From Alphaproteobacteria bacterium (GTDB taxonomy: Bacteria > Pseudomonadota > Alphaproteobacteria > UBA828): a DNA stretch of 64,000 bases. The notes under the pieces were generated by a model. It was not told the DNA's origin and made no database searches. It saw only the letters and a list, made by a program, of their open reading frames with translations. Shown one piece after another: positions 40,930 to 49,659 of the stretch; position 1 is the stretch's first letter, and every line of letters starts with the position of its first letter. The position numbers and the translations under genes were made by a program. The stretch lies in assembly GCA_963667785.2 (NCBI GenBank), contig CAXXMU010000005.1, positions 320,001-384,000 of the forward strand, written 5' to 3'.

Positions 40930-43209
40930 TCAGTGATGAGGGGGCTCGGGGGCGCCGTTCCACGATTTCCACAGCGCAACCCGGTTCAGCGTGTCGTCGC
41001 TCGGGACAATGATCTTGCTCTTGTTAGCGAGGGAGGATTCCAGCTTCTCGCGCCACAGCATGGTCTCGAGCACCTCGGGCGCGGTCCCGACGGCTTCGGC
41101 GATCACGCGGATAGCGTCGCTCTCCGCCGCCGAGATGACCGTTCTGCGGGTGGCGTCGCCCTTGGCCTGTTCGAGCTCGTACGCCGCGTTGCCGTGCGCC
41201 CTGGGTATCAGCGAAACCAGGAACCGCTGCGCGTTGACGATGATGCGCTCCCTGTCCTCCTGCGAGCTCGATACCTCGCGGAAGGCGTTCATGGCGGCAT
41301 CGATCGGTGCAACCGAGAGCAGGCTAACTTTGACGATGTCGACGGCGTCGAGCACCTCGCTGTCGCCCTCGGGGATGCGGCCCCGGAATACGTCCTCGAT
41401 GCGATCCTGCAGCGCCACGCGCTCCACGTTGAGCAGGTCGTCCAAGGTCCGAGCGGAGACGAATTTGCGCAGCTCGCGGCGTATGTTGTCGCCGATCGCC
41501 TGCTGCGGGCTGTCGACGCGATAGTGATAGGTGTAGGGGTCGCTGACGCGGTACTGCATGCTCACCGAGAGCGACATCAGGTTGAGATCGCCGGTGAGGT
41601 ACTCCTGCGTCTCACCGCTGGCGATGGACTTGACCTCGCGCACGGGCCACTTGTCGGCCCTGGCAAACGGTGCGGGCGGCAGATAGTGCAGACCGGGTTG
41701 CAGATCCTTCCACACCACCGCGCCGAACAGGCGTCCGTAGCCGACCTCGCCGGGGCGAACGACGGTCAGGCCGCTCAGCACGAATACGGCGATGGCGATC
41801 AGCCAGACGCCGATTCCGGCAGACCGGCGCGGGTCGATGGCGCCGATGAGTGGCGCATCACCCGTCATCCGGAGCCACCACCGCTTGGCGGGGGCGAACC
41901 AGGGGCCGACGTTGGAGACCAGGTCCTGGTATCCGCTCTTCAGCGCGCCCGCGCGGAAGCGCCAGACGATGAGCGCGGCAAGCCCCAGCGCAGATGCCCA
42001 CTGCACCACCATTATTGCCGGGGAGTCGGACGCATCCAGGTTCACGGCGAGGGACACCCCGAGGGAGAGCAGGGCCAGATCGATGATGATGCCCAGCACC
42101 ACCGTCACCGCGACCACCGAGCCCACGTAGATCGACGCGAAGCGCAGGCCGAATTGGCTGATGATGATCGCGATCGTGCCGGTGTTAGTGGCCGGGCCGG
42201 TCATCAGGAAGATGGCCGCCGCGCCCGGGCTGAACCCCTTGGCGATCAGGGCTGCGGCGATGGGCGTGCTGGCCGAGGCGCAGATGTAGAGCGGCACGCC
42301 GACCAAGACCATGATGGGATAGGAGATCCAACGGGCGTGCTCGTACTGCATCAGGTCGCTCGGGATGACCATGAAGAGCACACCGCCAAGCGCAAGGCCC
42401 ACCAGCAGGGCGAAGAGAATGTCGTCGGCGACCTCGACGAAGCCGTAGCGAAGGATGTGTTTGCAGACGGTGGTGAACGTGAGGTCACTCTGCTCTTGAT
42501 CCGCTTTTTCTTCTTCTTGGGGGGAGGGTGCGTCCCGAGACGGCGAGAGTATCTCGCGGTAGAACTCCGGCTTGATCCAGGTCATGGACCGGACGCGCCC
42601 GATACGTTCGACCGCACGGCGCAGCCAGGCGTCGAAGAACGCCCTGAATTCTCTCGGGCGGACGTAGCAGTCGTCCTCTCCCCAGCGGAGAGGCTTGTGA
42701 CCGTGGTCGTGATCGTGACCATGGGCGCAGCTGTCGTCGTGCTCGTGCTCGTGGTCGTGATCGGCAGCGGAGGGGGCCGTCCGGGCCTCGTCACGGCCGC
42801 GGATCAACCCGATGCAGAAGATGCCGGCGACAACGCCCGTAATGAAGCTCATGACCGGCCGCACGAGGGCCGGAATCGGGCCGAAGAACGCGTTGGTGAC
42901 GAGAATCGAGTCCGCGCCCGTCTCCGGCGCAGTAATCAGGAACGACATGCACGACGACCGCGAGGCTCCCTTGCGCCGCATCTCCGCCACGACCGGCACC
43001 ACGGAACAGCTGCAAAGCGGCATCGGCACGCCGATGGCAGCACTGGTACTGACGGATTTCAGGCTGTCGTGACGCAGCCACCTTTGGGTGGCCTGTCTTG
43101 AGATGAACACGTGGATCAGCCCGGCCAGGAACAGGCCGAGCAGGAGCATCGGCGACAGCAGCAGGAAGGACGACCAGAAGAAGTCCAGGAATCCGACGAT
43201 CTGTGTCAC
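40930..43209 (-). CDS. DUF318/SO_0444-type metal permease fused to a C-terminal SPFH (HflK-like) domain
   Basis: PLCSCSVVP, FLITAPETG.DS, His-rich loop DHDHEHEHDDSCAHGHDHDHGH, LYICASASTP and GPATN; then VVRPGEVG..RLFG, PGLHY, YLTGDLNL, AFREV and PRAHGNA. Confidence 0.85.
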   Translation of the reverse strand: MTQIVGFLDFFWSSFLLLSPMLLLGLFLAGLIHVFISRQATQRWLRHDSLKSVSTSAAIGVPMPLCSCSVVPVVAEMRRKGASRSSCMSFLITAPETGADSILVTNAFFGPIPALVRPVMSFITGVVAGIFCIGLIRGRDEARTAPSAADHDHEHEHDDSCAHGHDHDHGHKPLRWGEDDCYVRPREFRAFFDAWLRRAVERIGRVRSMTWIKPEFYREILSPSRDAPSPQEEEKADQEQSDLTFTTVCKHILRYGFVEVADDILFALLVGLALGGVLFMVIPSDLMQYEHARWISYPIMVLVGVPLYICASASTPIAAALIAKGFSPGAAAIFLMTGPATNTGTIAIIISQFGLRFASIYVGSVVAVTVVLGIIIDLALLSLGVSLAVNLDASDSPAIMVVQWASALGLAALIVWRFRAGALKSGYQDLVSNVGPWFAPAKRWWLRMTGDAPLIGAIDPRRSAGIGVWLIAIAVFVLSGLTVVRPGEVGYGRLFGAVVWKDLQPGLHYLPPAPFARADKWPVREVKSIASGETQEYLTGDLNLMSLSVSMQYRVSDPYTYHYRVDSPQQAIGDNIRRELRKFVSARTLDDLLNVERVALQDRIEDVFRGRIPEGDSEVLDAVDIVKVSLLSVAPIDAAMNAFREVSSSQEDRERIIVNAQRFLVSLIPRAHGNAAYELEQAKGDATRRTVISAAESDAIRVIAEAVGTAPEVLETMLWREKLESSLANKSKIIVPSDDTLNRVALWKSWNGAPEPPHH

Positions 43210-43610
43210 GGCACTGGCTTGCTTGGCAGTGGAATGACGAGCCTGAATCGCGACGGGTTTGCGAACCGCGCCACGATCCTGCCTCGGCGGGCCGGGCCAT
43301 ACCGGGGGATGCGGGGCGATCTCGGCATGGTCATGGCGGTCCGGCCGCTCGCATGCCGGTCAGCACGCGGCCCCGTCTTCGGCCAAATCGGCGTCGCCGG
43401 GAACGTCTCGAAGTGGGTGCGTGGCAGGTCTTCATCGCCCATCCCGCACACTGTCTGGGAGCACCTTCGCCGTCGGGCAAAGGAACGTTCGCCTTGAACG
43501 ACAGTATCAAGCGCGAGAGAGTCTGCCCAAATTCTTTTCTTTGACACGATCCAACAAAAACTTATTCGCGACGGGGGTTGCCCACTGCTGAAATCTTCAA
43601 TCGAATACTT

Positions 43611-43628
43611 GTTATCTTATATCGTTAC
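43611..43628. promoter_or_regulatory. Putative Zur box
   Basis: GTAACGATATAAGATAAC (minus strand) matches the Zur-type palindrome GTAATGTTATAACATTAC (consensus recalled from memory) at 14/18. AT-rich site upstream of a zinc-related operon. Confidence 0.5.
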
Positions 43629-43635
43629 ATGTGCG

Positions 43636-44149
43636 CGCGACGACGCGATCCGGGAGATTCTCGAGACGGTGCGGGCGACGGCGGCGCGCATAAACGCGCT
43701 CCAGGAGGCGTCAGGCCCAGAACACGAGATGGCAGAAGCGCTGGCTCGCGAGACGGCGGCGATGACGTAGGCCGCCGAGGATGTGCGCGGTGCGCTCGCC
43801 AAGGCGGCAGAGCTCGCCGGTAAGCAGGACGGACAGGCGACTGCCGGAGCACAGGCGCTGGCCAAGAGCGTCGCCGCGCTGAAGGCCCAGGGCGAGGCGC
43901 TCGACAAGCGCATCCGCGCGACGGGCACGCAGGCGCAGGCGAACGCCGGGCAGGCGGAGGCCGCCGCCTAGGGCATTGCCGAGATGAAGGAGGCAGCGGT
44001 GGCGCCCATGTCTGACAGATCTGGCCATAGGGTCTGCGTCGTTCGTTTTCTTCGTGCTGGGCGCCGTGCTGCAGCGGGAGACCGACGTCGTTTCCTTCGG
44101 CGACCCCCGCCACGAGTGGAGCGAGTATGTCGAGGAGCACTACTGTTAG
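43636..44149 (+). pseudogene. Degraded Ala-rich coiled-coil protein with C-terminal TM segment
   Basis: RDDAIREILETV...MT*AAEDV...EAAA*GIAEMK with TAG at 43768 and 43969, then a frame change to SFVFFVLGAVLQRE. No start codon. Confidence 0.55.
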
Positions 44150-44878
44150 TCGATCAGCTTCGCTTTGAGAAAGGCAGCCACAAGATTGCGACGCTCACCA
44201 ACAATGGAGGTGGTCGCATTCGACTTGAGGCGGATCCGGAGGGCGCGCTCGCCCAACTGGACGGGCTAGGTGCGGGGGATTGGGAAGTCGCGACGCGGCT
44301 CGTGTTCAACAGTTGGCTCTCTTCTGCCGGTCCCGACGCGAGCATTTGAAGCTGGTAGCCGTGCGCCGCTAGCCAGCGTCAGAGCGGCCATGCGCATAGT
44401 CCAGAAGTCGTCGTCACGCGCAGTTCAATTTCGACCTGGAACTTCATCCCAATTTGGTTAGTTTCTCGAATCCAGCTTGAGCCCCCAATGGTTCGCGGAG
44501 TCGCTCTCGGTGAATCCGGTCCAGGACCGGCACCTTCTCGAGTGACGGAGCTGATGCTCTCAACACCAAGTGCTCAGGATGGTGCCTCTTGGCTCGCCAC
44601 CCACCGCCGAACTCCCATCCCCAAGCCGCGAGGCCTCCAGCCGCCCCGGGGGCTGGTCAGCAACGCGTATCGTGTCCAACAGTTGGATTGAGCGTTACGC
44701 TCATCTCGATCTTTCACGAACGCTTTCCGATTCAGACCGATAGCCGTGCGGCGAAGCCTTGAGCAGCTCGAACAGAAGGGTGGGCTCGAGATGGGAGCGA
44801 TCAACTGATCACACCTCGCCGCGCGGCAAAGGGCGCTTGAGAACGCCGATCTGGGGTAACAGTACGAAGAGCGAGACA

Positions 44879-45226
44879 ATGCCAAGACCACCGGAGGGGA
44901 TGTTGCCGACGAGCAGTAGTCCGTGGACGACGATGGCGGAGAAGCAGTGGAGACAGACGCGGCCGATCATGGTGAAGCGCTTGGAGGAGGTCGGACAACT
45001 GAGCCGGGCGCTGAGGATGGCGGTGGACGCGACATCGGAGCAGATGTTCGAGGTGACGGCGAGGGGCGTGGAGCCGACAGCGGCGAGGTAGGCCGCGATG
45101 AGCGAGAACCTTCTGCTCCCGGACGAGAGGGAGGTTCCGGATCTGCCGGCGGATCTCGTTCCCCTCGCGTACCAAGAAACAACTATTCCGTCGGTGAAGC
45201 AAACGATTTTGGAAGAGATCACTTGA
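44879..45226 (+). pseudogene. Small mobile-element protein relic (loosely TnpV-like)
   Basis: MAEKQWRQTRPIMVKRLEEVGQL...TAAR*AAMSENLLLPDE. One internal TAG at 45089 in a purine-rich coding-like frame. Confidence 0.4.
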
Positions 45227-45928
45227 CCTAAAGAGGTGCAAAACGGAGACGAAGATTTTACCAACGATGTGTTGGCAGAATAATCCATCGATAGGTGAAG
45301 CCTATGAGCTCGCTGGCCGAGCTAACAGACGCGGCGTAGGAGATTAGGGGGTTTTCAGCGGATGGCACAAAAGACTTGGCTCTGACTGCTCCGCCCGAAC
45401 CCCCTACGCATGAGACCGGTGAAGGAACGCCCTTTGCCAATGGCCATCTCTCCCCGCCGATCAGGCTCCGACGGGGAGGTCAATCAATCCCTGCATGCGT
45501 TCACGAGGCGGAGGGTTAGAGATTTTCCTCACCACTCGCAGGACACCACACCACGCGCCCACGGCCTGATCGGCCAGCCCTTTTTGGACCCAATCCGTAC
45601 CGGATGCACAGAGGACTCCTAGAGGTCGGAGGACCCGTCGGATGGGACCCGTAGGCCCCCCTACCCCAGCGATTTCCTGTCTGCAGGGGCAGAGTGGTTT
45701 CTTCGATCCCATGTGTGTGCTTCAAGCAGCCCGAACGCACAGCCTTGGTGCCCACCACCCCACCATGCGCACGGTTGAGTGCGCACCCCAAGACTCGGAA
45801 ACTCGTTGCGGTAGGAGGTGCAGCGCTGGCCATTGAGCTCCGGCGTTGCCGGCGAACCACCCCCTGCCAGCCCCTATGCTAAGACGATCAGCGCTTGGCG
45901 GGATGGATGACGGGGAGGGAAAGATGTC

Positions 45929-46258
45929 ATGCGGCCGACGTCACGCGACGAGGCGGATTTCGACTGCGATGGCGCGGTACTGATGAAGAACGTTGTGCCG
46001 GCCAGATGGCTACGCGTGCTGGAGCAGGCGACCGAACGCGACATCGCGGAGTTGGGCGACGTGCTCGCTTTCCACGCGATGACCGTTCGCAGCGCCGGCG
46101 GCAACCTCACGACGGATGTGTGCAGGCACGGCTATGCGGTGCGCTGTTGCGGCGAGAGATGCACCGTCTTTGCCGGCCTTGGTCCGAACCGTGACCTGCG
46201 CAACCCGGCTCTCACCGACGGCGACACGCTCGATAGCGCGCAATACCCTGTTGTCTGA
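45929..46258 (+). pseudogene. PhyH-family dioxygenase remnant with internal deletion
   Basis: N-terminal FDCDGAVLMKNVV joined directly to C-terminal GDVLAFHAMTV.SAGGN...GYAVR...LDSAQYPVV. The HxD core is missing. Confidence 0.65.
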
Positions 46259-46701
46259 CCCTGACGCTGGCAGCGCGATCAGCGACTGTCGGCTGTGGAG
46301 AGAAAGCCCATGATCCAAAGGCTATCTCGTCTCCAGCTTGTTCATCCGGTTCGACGTCGAGGAGGTCATCCGGTTGGAGACGGACTTCGGAATCGCGGTG
46401 TTCGCGATCATCCTCTCGGTGGGCGTCGCCGACGCCATCCTACATCGACTCGACACAGGCTCGGGCTGGACTTCGTTCGACGCCGACGACAATGGGCGTT
46501 CAGGTAGCCTCGGTCGTGCTGGAGGTGGTGAAACCGAGAAGGGTTCCTTCTCGTTGGTTCGCAATCTGAGATGGACGGGATTGTCCCGAGCAGTTCCGGG
46601 GCGTATCGCGGAATCGCGTTGCGAATAGGGTTGTAAATAGGGAGCGTGGGGCGTCGTGGTCAGAAAATAACACTCTGAAACAATAACTTATCTAATAAGT
46701 G

Positions 46702-46791
46702 TGGCGGAGGGGGTGGGATTCGAACCCACGGTACGCTCGCGCGTACAACGGTTTTCGAGACCGCCCCGTTCGACCACTCCGGCACCCCTCC
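46702..46791 (-). tRNA. tRNA-Ser(CGA)
   Basis: GGAGGGG acceptor stem, GCGGT-CT-CGA-AA-ACCGT anticodon arm, long variable arm, GGTTCGAATCC, encoded CCA. 90 nt. Confidence 0.97.
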
Positions 46792-46821
46792 GCGGCCTGG
46801 CGCGCGTCGCGCGGCCCCTAT

Positions 46822-47694
46822 CTACGCCTGCGCGCCGCCCTCGGCAACCGCGGCTGCCGCGACGCTGCGCTCGTAGCCGGCGAAATCCTCTGTGCCGAGC
46901 ACGTGGCGTTCCATCCAGGCGGTGAACGCCTCGCGCGATCGCGCGATCGCGTCCCACGCCTCGTAGAACGTGTTGTCGCGGCGGTAGTAGCCGAGCGCAT
47001 AGGAGGGCCGGGCGCCGCCGGGCTCCTCGCAGACCGCGCTCACCACCCAATGCGGCAGGATGACGGCATTCGCCGGCGGCGCGAACTCGTCCACGATCTC
47101 CTCCACCGTGACGATCACCCGCCTGGACGCAAGCGCCACCTCCTTCTGCACGCCGGAGATGCCCCACAGCATCACGTTGCCCCTGGCATCCGCCTGCTGG
47201 GCGTGGAGCACCGCGACGTCGGGGCGGACGGCGGGCGAGGCCGCGAGTCGCTCGCCGGTGAAGGGGCATTCGATGAACTTGATGAGCGGGTTGTGCGCCG
47301 GCAGGTCGGAGCCGGCATAGCCCCGGATCACGCCGAAGGGGAGCCCGCTCGCGCCCGCGACATAGGCGTTGGCGAGGTCGGCATGGCTGCGCTCCTCGAT
47401 CTCCATGGGCCTGGGCCAGCCGTTCTCCACCGCGTCGCGGAAGCGGTGCAGCGAGCCCACCCCCGGATTGCCGCCCCAGGAGAAGACCAGGCGCCCGACG
47501 CAGCCCATGCCGATGAGCTGGTCGTAGATGAGGTCCGGCGTCATGCGCACCGCGGTGAGGTTGCGAAAGCCCGCGCGAATCACCGCGTGGCCCGCGGCAT
47601 GGGGGATCAGGTGGGTGAACCCCTCCATGGCGACGGTATCTCCCTCCTCGATGAGCGAGGACACCGCGTCGGCGAGCGGGACGATCTCGGCCAT
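46822..47694 (-). CDS. CoA-transferase subunit A (3-oxoadipate/glutaconate type, CatI-like)
   Basis: EGFTHLIPHAAGH, RMTPDLIYDQLIG, FSWGGNPGVGSLHR, PSYALGYY.RDN. Confidence 0.9.
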   Translation of the reverse strand: MAEIVPLADAVSSLIEEGDTVAMEGFTHLIPHAAGHAVIRAGFRNLTAVRMTPDLIYDQLIGMGCVGRLVFSWGGNPGVGSLHRFRDAVENGWPRPMEIEERSHADLANAYVAGASGLPFGVIRGYAGSDLPAHNPLIKFIECPFTGERLAASPAVRPDVAVLHAQQADARGNVMLWGISGVQKEVALASRRVIVTVEEIVDEFAPPANAVILPHWVVSAVCEEPGGARPSYALGYYRRDNTFYEAWDAIARSREAFTAWMERHVLGTEDFAGYERSVAAAAVAEGGAQA

Positions 47695-47754
47695 GCGCCG
47701 GGCGCGCGGTGACGCGGGCGTTGCGCTGCGGGGGAGGAAGCGGGCGCCTGGCGG

Positions 47755-48747
47755 CTAGAAGCGCACCGGGACGACCGGCGCCTCGCCCTTGGCGATCATC
47801 TCCGGGATCGCCGGCGAGGCGTTCTCCCACACCAGCAGCATCGAGCGCTTGGGCGAGAAGCCCTGGTGGCGGATGTCAGCCGGCATGCAGGCGACATCGC
47901 CGGCGCGCATGGTCACCACCGCGCGCGGGTCGCCCGATTCCTTGTCCTTGACGTTCCAGACGATCTCGTCCGAGAGCTGGATGAACCACTCGACGCGGTC
48001 GTTGCCGTGCTCCACCGGCAGGATGAACTCCTCGGAGGTGGGGCAGAAGAGGCTGTCCTTGAGCACGGAGCAGACGGACGGGTTCCAGGTCACGTCCGAG
48101 CGCGAGAGGTAGGCGAAGAGGTTGAAGGACTGCACCTCGTCCTCGAAGCCGGGCTCGATCTCGACCTCCGGCTCGTCCTGGTCGACGTCGGCGAACATGC
48201 GGTTGACCGGGTAGCCGCTTTCGTCGGTGCGGAGCGGGGCGTCGCCCGGCAGGCCCACCATGCGCTTCGCCGTCACCCGCACGCGGCCGAGGGCCTCGGG
48301 ATTGCGGCCGCTCTTGCGACCGAAAGGCTGCGCCGTCTCCTGCGGCGCCGTGAACGGGTCGTAACCGGTGTTGGTCCAGTCGTCGAGCATCGCCTGGAAG
48401 GTCGCCCTCAGGTCGTCGGAATCGATCGTCTCCCGATAGTCGCGGCCGTTGTCGCGGTAGGCGTCGTTGTAGCGCCCGATATAGAGCTCGACCCGGCCGT
48501 AGAGGTTGGTGGTGCCGAACACGTCGTCGAAGTTCAGCGTGCCGTAGAAGAAGTTCCACGCCACCTCGCGCACCAGCGCCCGCAGAAAGGCGTCCACCGG
48601 CATGAGATGCGAGCCTTCGGGCCAGGTGACGTAGGCGAAATACTCGTCGCGGCGGAAGCCGAAACCGCCGATCTGGAAACTGCGGTAGCCCGTGTAGTTG
48701 TCGGGATCGGAGGCCGCGTAGGCTGCCTGTGCGGTCTGTGCGGACAT
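47755..48747 (-). CDS. Hydroquinone 1,2-dioxygenase large subunit (HqdB/PnpD/HapD-like)
   Basis: RDEYFA, YLSRSDVTWNPSV, ILPVEHGNDRVEWFIQLSDEI and MPADIRHQG (His/Glu/His iron ligands). Confidence 0.85.
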   Translation of the reverse strand: MSAQTAQAAYAASDPDNYTGYRSFQIGGFGFRRDEYFAYVTWPEGSHLMPVDAFLRALVREVAWNFFYGTLNFDDVFGTTNLYGRVELYIGRYNDAYRDNGRDYRETIDSDDLRATFQAMLDDWTNTGYDPFTAPQETAQPFGRKSGRNPEALGRVRVTAKRMVGLPGDAPLRTDESGYPVNRMFADVDQDEPEVEIEPGFEDEVQSFNLFAYLSRSDVTWNPSVCSVLKDSLFCPTSEEFILPVEHGNDRVEWFIQLSDEIVWNVKDKESGDPRAVVTMRAGDVACMPADIRHQGFSPKRSMLLVWENASPAIPEMIAKGEAPVVPVRF

Positions 48748-48752
48748 CGCTC

Positions 48753-49250
48753 TCACTCCTCGCCGGTCTGGCAGATTTCGGCCCAGCGCTCCACGGTGAG
48801 CGGGCCGTTCATCGTCTGGAAGAGGACAACGCTCGGCGCCTCGGCCGAGATGCGATAGGCGGCGTTGGCCGGCAGCAGGGTGAGGTGCCCGCGCCCGGCA
48901 TGCACGCGTCCCATGCGCGGGCCGTCGGGGTCTCCCTCCAGCGCATGCGCGCCATCGCCCTCGGGCGCGTCGGCTGCGTGCTTCATCAGCTCGACCTCGA
49001 TCCGGCCATCGAGGCAGAGCGCGAACTCGTCGTGGGCCGCCATGAACCAGGGCGAGGCACCTTCCACGCGCATGATCTCGATCGCGTACTCCAGGTTCTT
49101 GGCCACGCAGACGCGCTCGAACGGCGCCGACGTGCCGGCGACCTCGAACACGTTGGAGAAGACATAGTTGCGCGGATCGTCGTTGATGATGTGCACGCCG
49201 CCCTTGCGGAAATCGCCGAGCGATCCGAGCTCCGTCGTGTAGTCGGCCAT
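48753..49250 (-). CDS. Hydroquinone 1,2-dioxygenase small subunit (HqdA/PnpC/HapC-like)
   Basis: GSL.DFRKGGV.II.DDPRNYVFSNVFEVA, KNLEY, HDEF, ERWAEIC. Confidence 0.85.
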   Translation of the reverse strand: MADYTTELGSLGDFRKGGVHIINDDPRNYVFSNVFEVAGTSAPFERVCVAKNLEYAIEIMRVEGASPWFMAAHDEFALCLDGRIEVELMKHAADAPEGDGAHALEGDPDGPRMGRVHAGRGHLTLLPANAAYRISAEAPSVVLFQTMNGPLTVERWAEICQTGEE

Positions 49251-49429
49251 GGGCCCCGCCCCCTGCCGGTCGTTCGCGCTGCGGCGGCCACTCTACCCGA
49301 AACGCGCGCGTGGGCGGAGCCGTTTTCAGCATCGCCCGCTGCCCTCCGCTCCACCCCGGAGGGATAGGAAAAACCGCCTGGGCGGCGCATAATGCCGCCA
49401 TGTCATCGGCACGGGCGATCGAGCGGCGC

Positions 49430-49609
49430 ATGGCGCGGGGCGGTCTACGACGCAGGCTCCTGATCGGGGCGGCGGCGCTCGGCACGGGCCTCATCGCCTG
49501 GCACGGGGATACCTGCTACGCGCTGGCGGCCGAGGCCTACCGGAGCCTCACCGACGCCTATCTCGTCATGTGGATCGAGCGCGCGGGCGGCGCGCTGGGC
49601 TGCTTCTAG
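49430..49609 (+). CDS. Small hypothetical membrane protein
   Basis: Basic N-terminus plus hydrophobic helix, GC3-rich codons, fills an intergenic gap. Could start at 49400. Confidence 0.5.
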   Translation: MARGGLRRRLLIGAAALGTGLIAWHGDTCYALAAEAYRSLTDAYLVMWIERAGGALGCF

Positions 49610-49659
49610 CGCGTCCCGGCGGCGGGACGGGGAGCGGGCCGGCAGGGCGCCGGGGAACC

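Larger units (their letters stand above)
26116..46715. mobile_element. Putative composite genomic island at tRNA-Ser(CGA)
   Basis: att-like repeat, adjacent P4-type integrase, second integrase relic, pseudogene tract, and AT-richer patches. Confidence 0.55.

Noticed and set aside
38451-43101. Very long plus-strand ORFs (748 aa and 722 aa), and likewise 22581-24566
   Set aside because: Antisense shadows of GC3-rich genes with no motifs of their own.
43410-43500. GAAGACCTGCC resembling the 3' end of a cobalamin riboswitch
   Set aside because: The other conserved elements (GGGAA, CCCGCAACTGT, GCCACTG...GGGAAG) are not present in order.
31857-45226. Several in-frame TAGs (32640, 43768, 43969, 45089) suggesting amber recoding
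   Set aside because: Context implies different original residues (Leu, Gln, Glu), the same relics carry other lesions, and TAG is a normal stop in many intact genes here.
45480-45880. GGGGTAGGGGGG...GGGTCC tract resembling a phage cos region or a structured RNA
   Set aside because: No terminase or HNH gene is adjacent and I found no convincing fold or repeat. Needs an Rfam or homology search.
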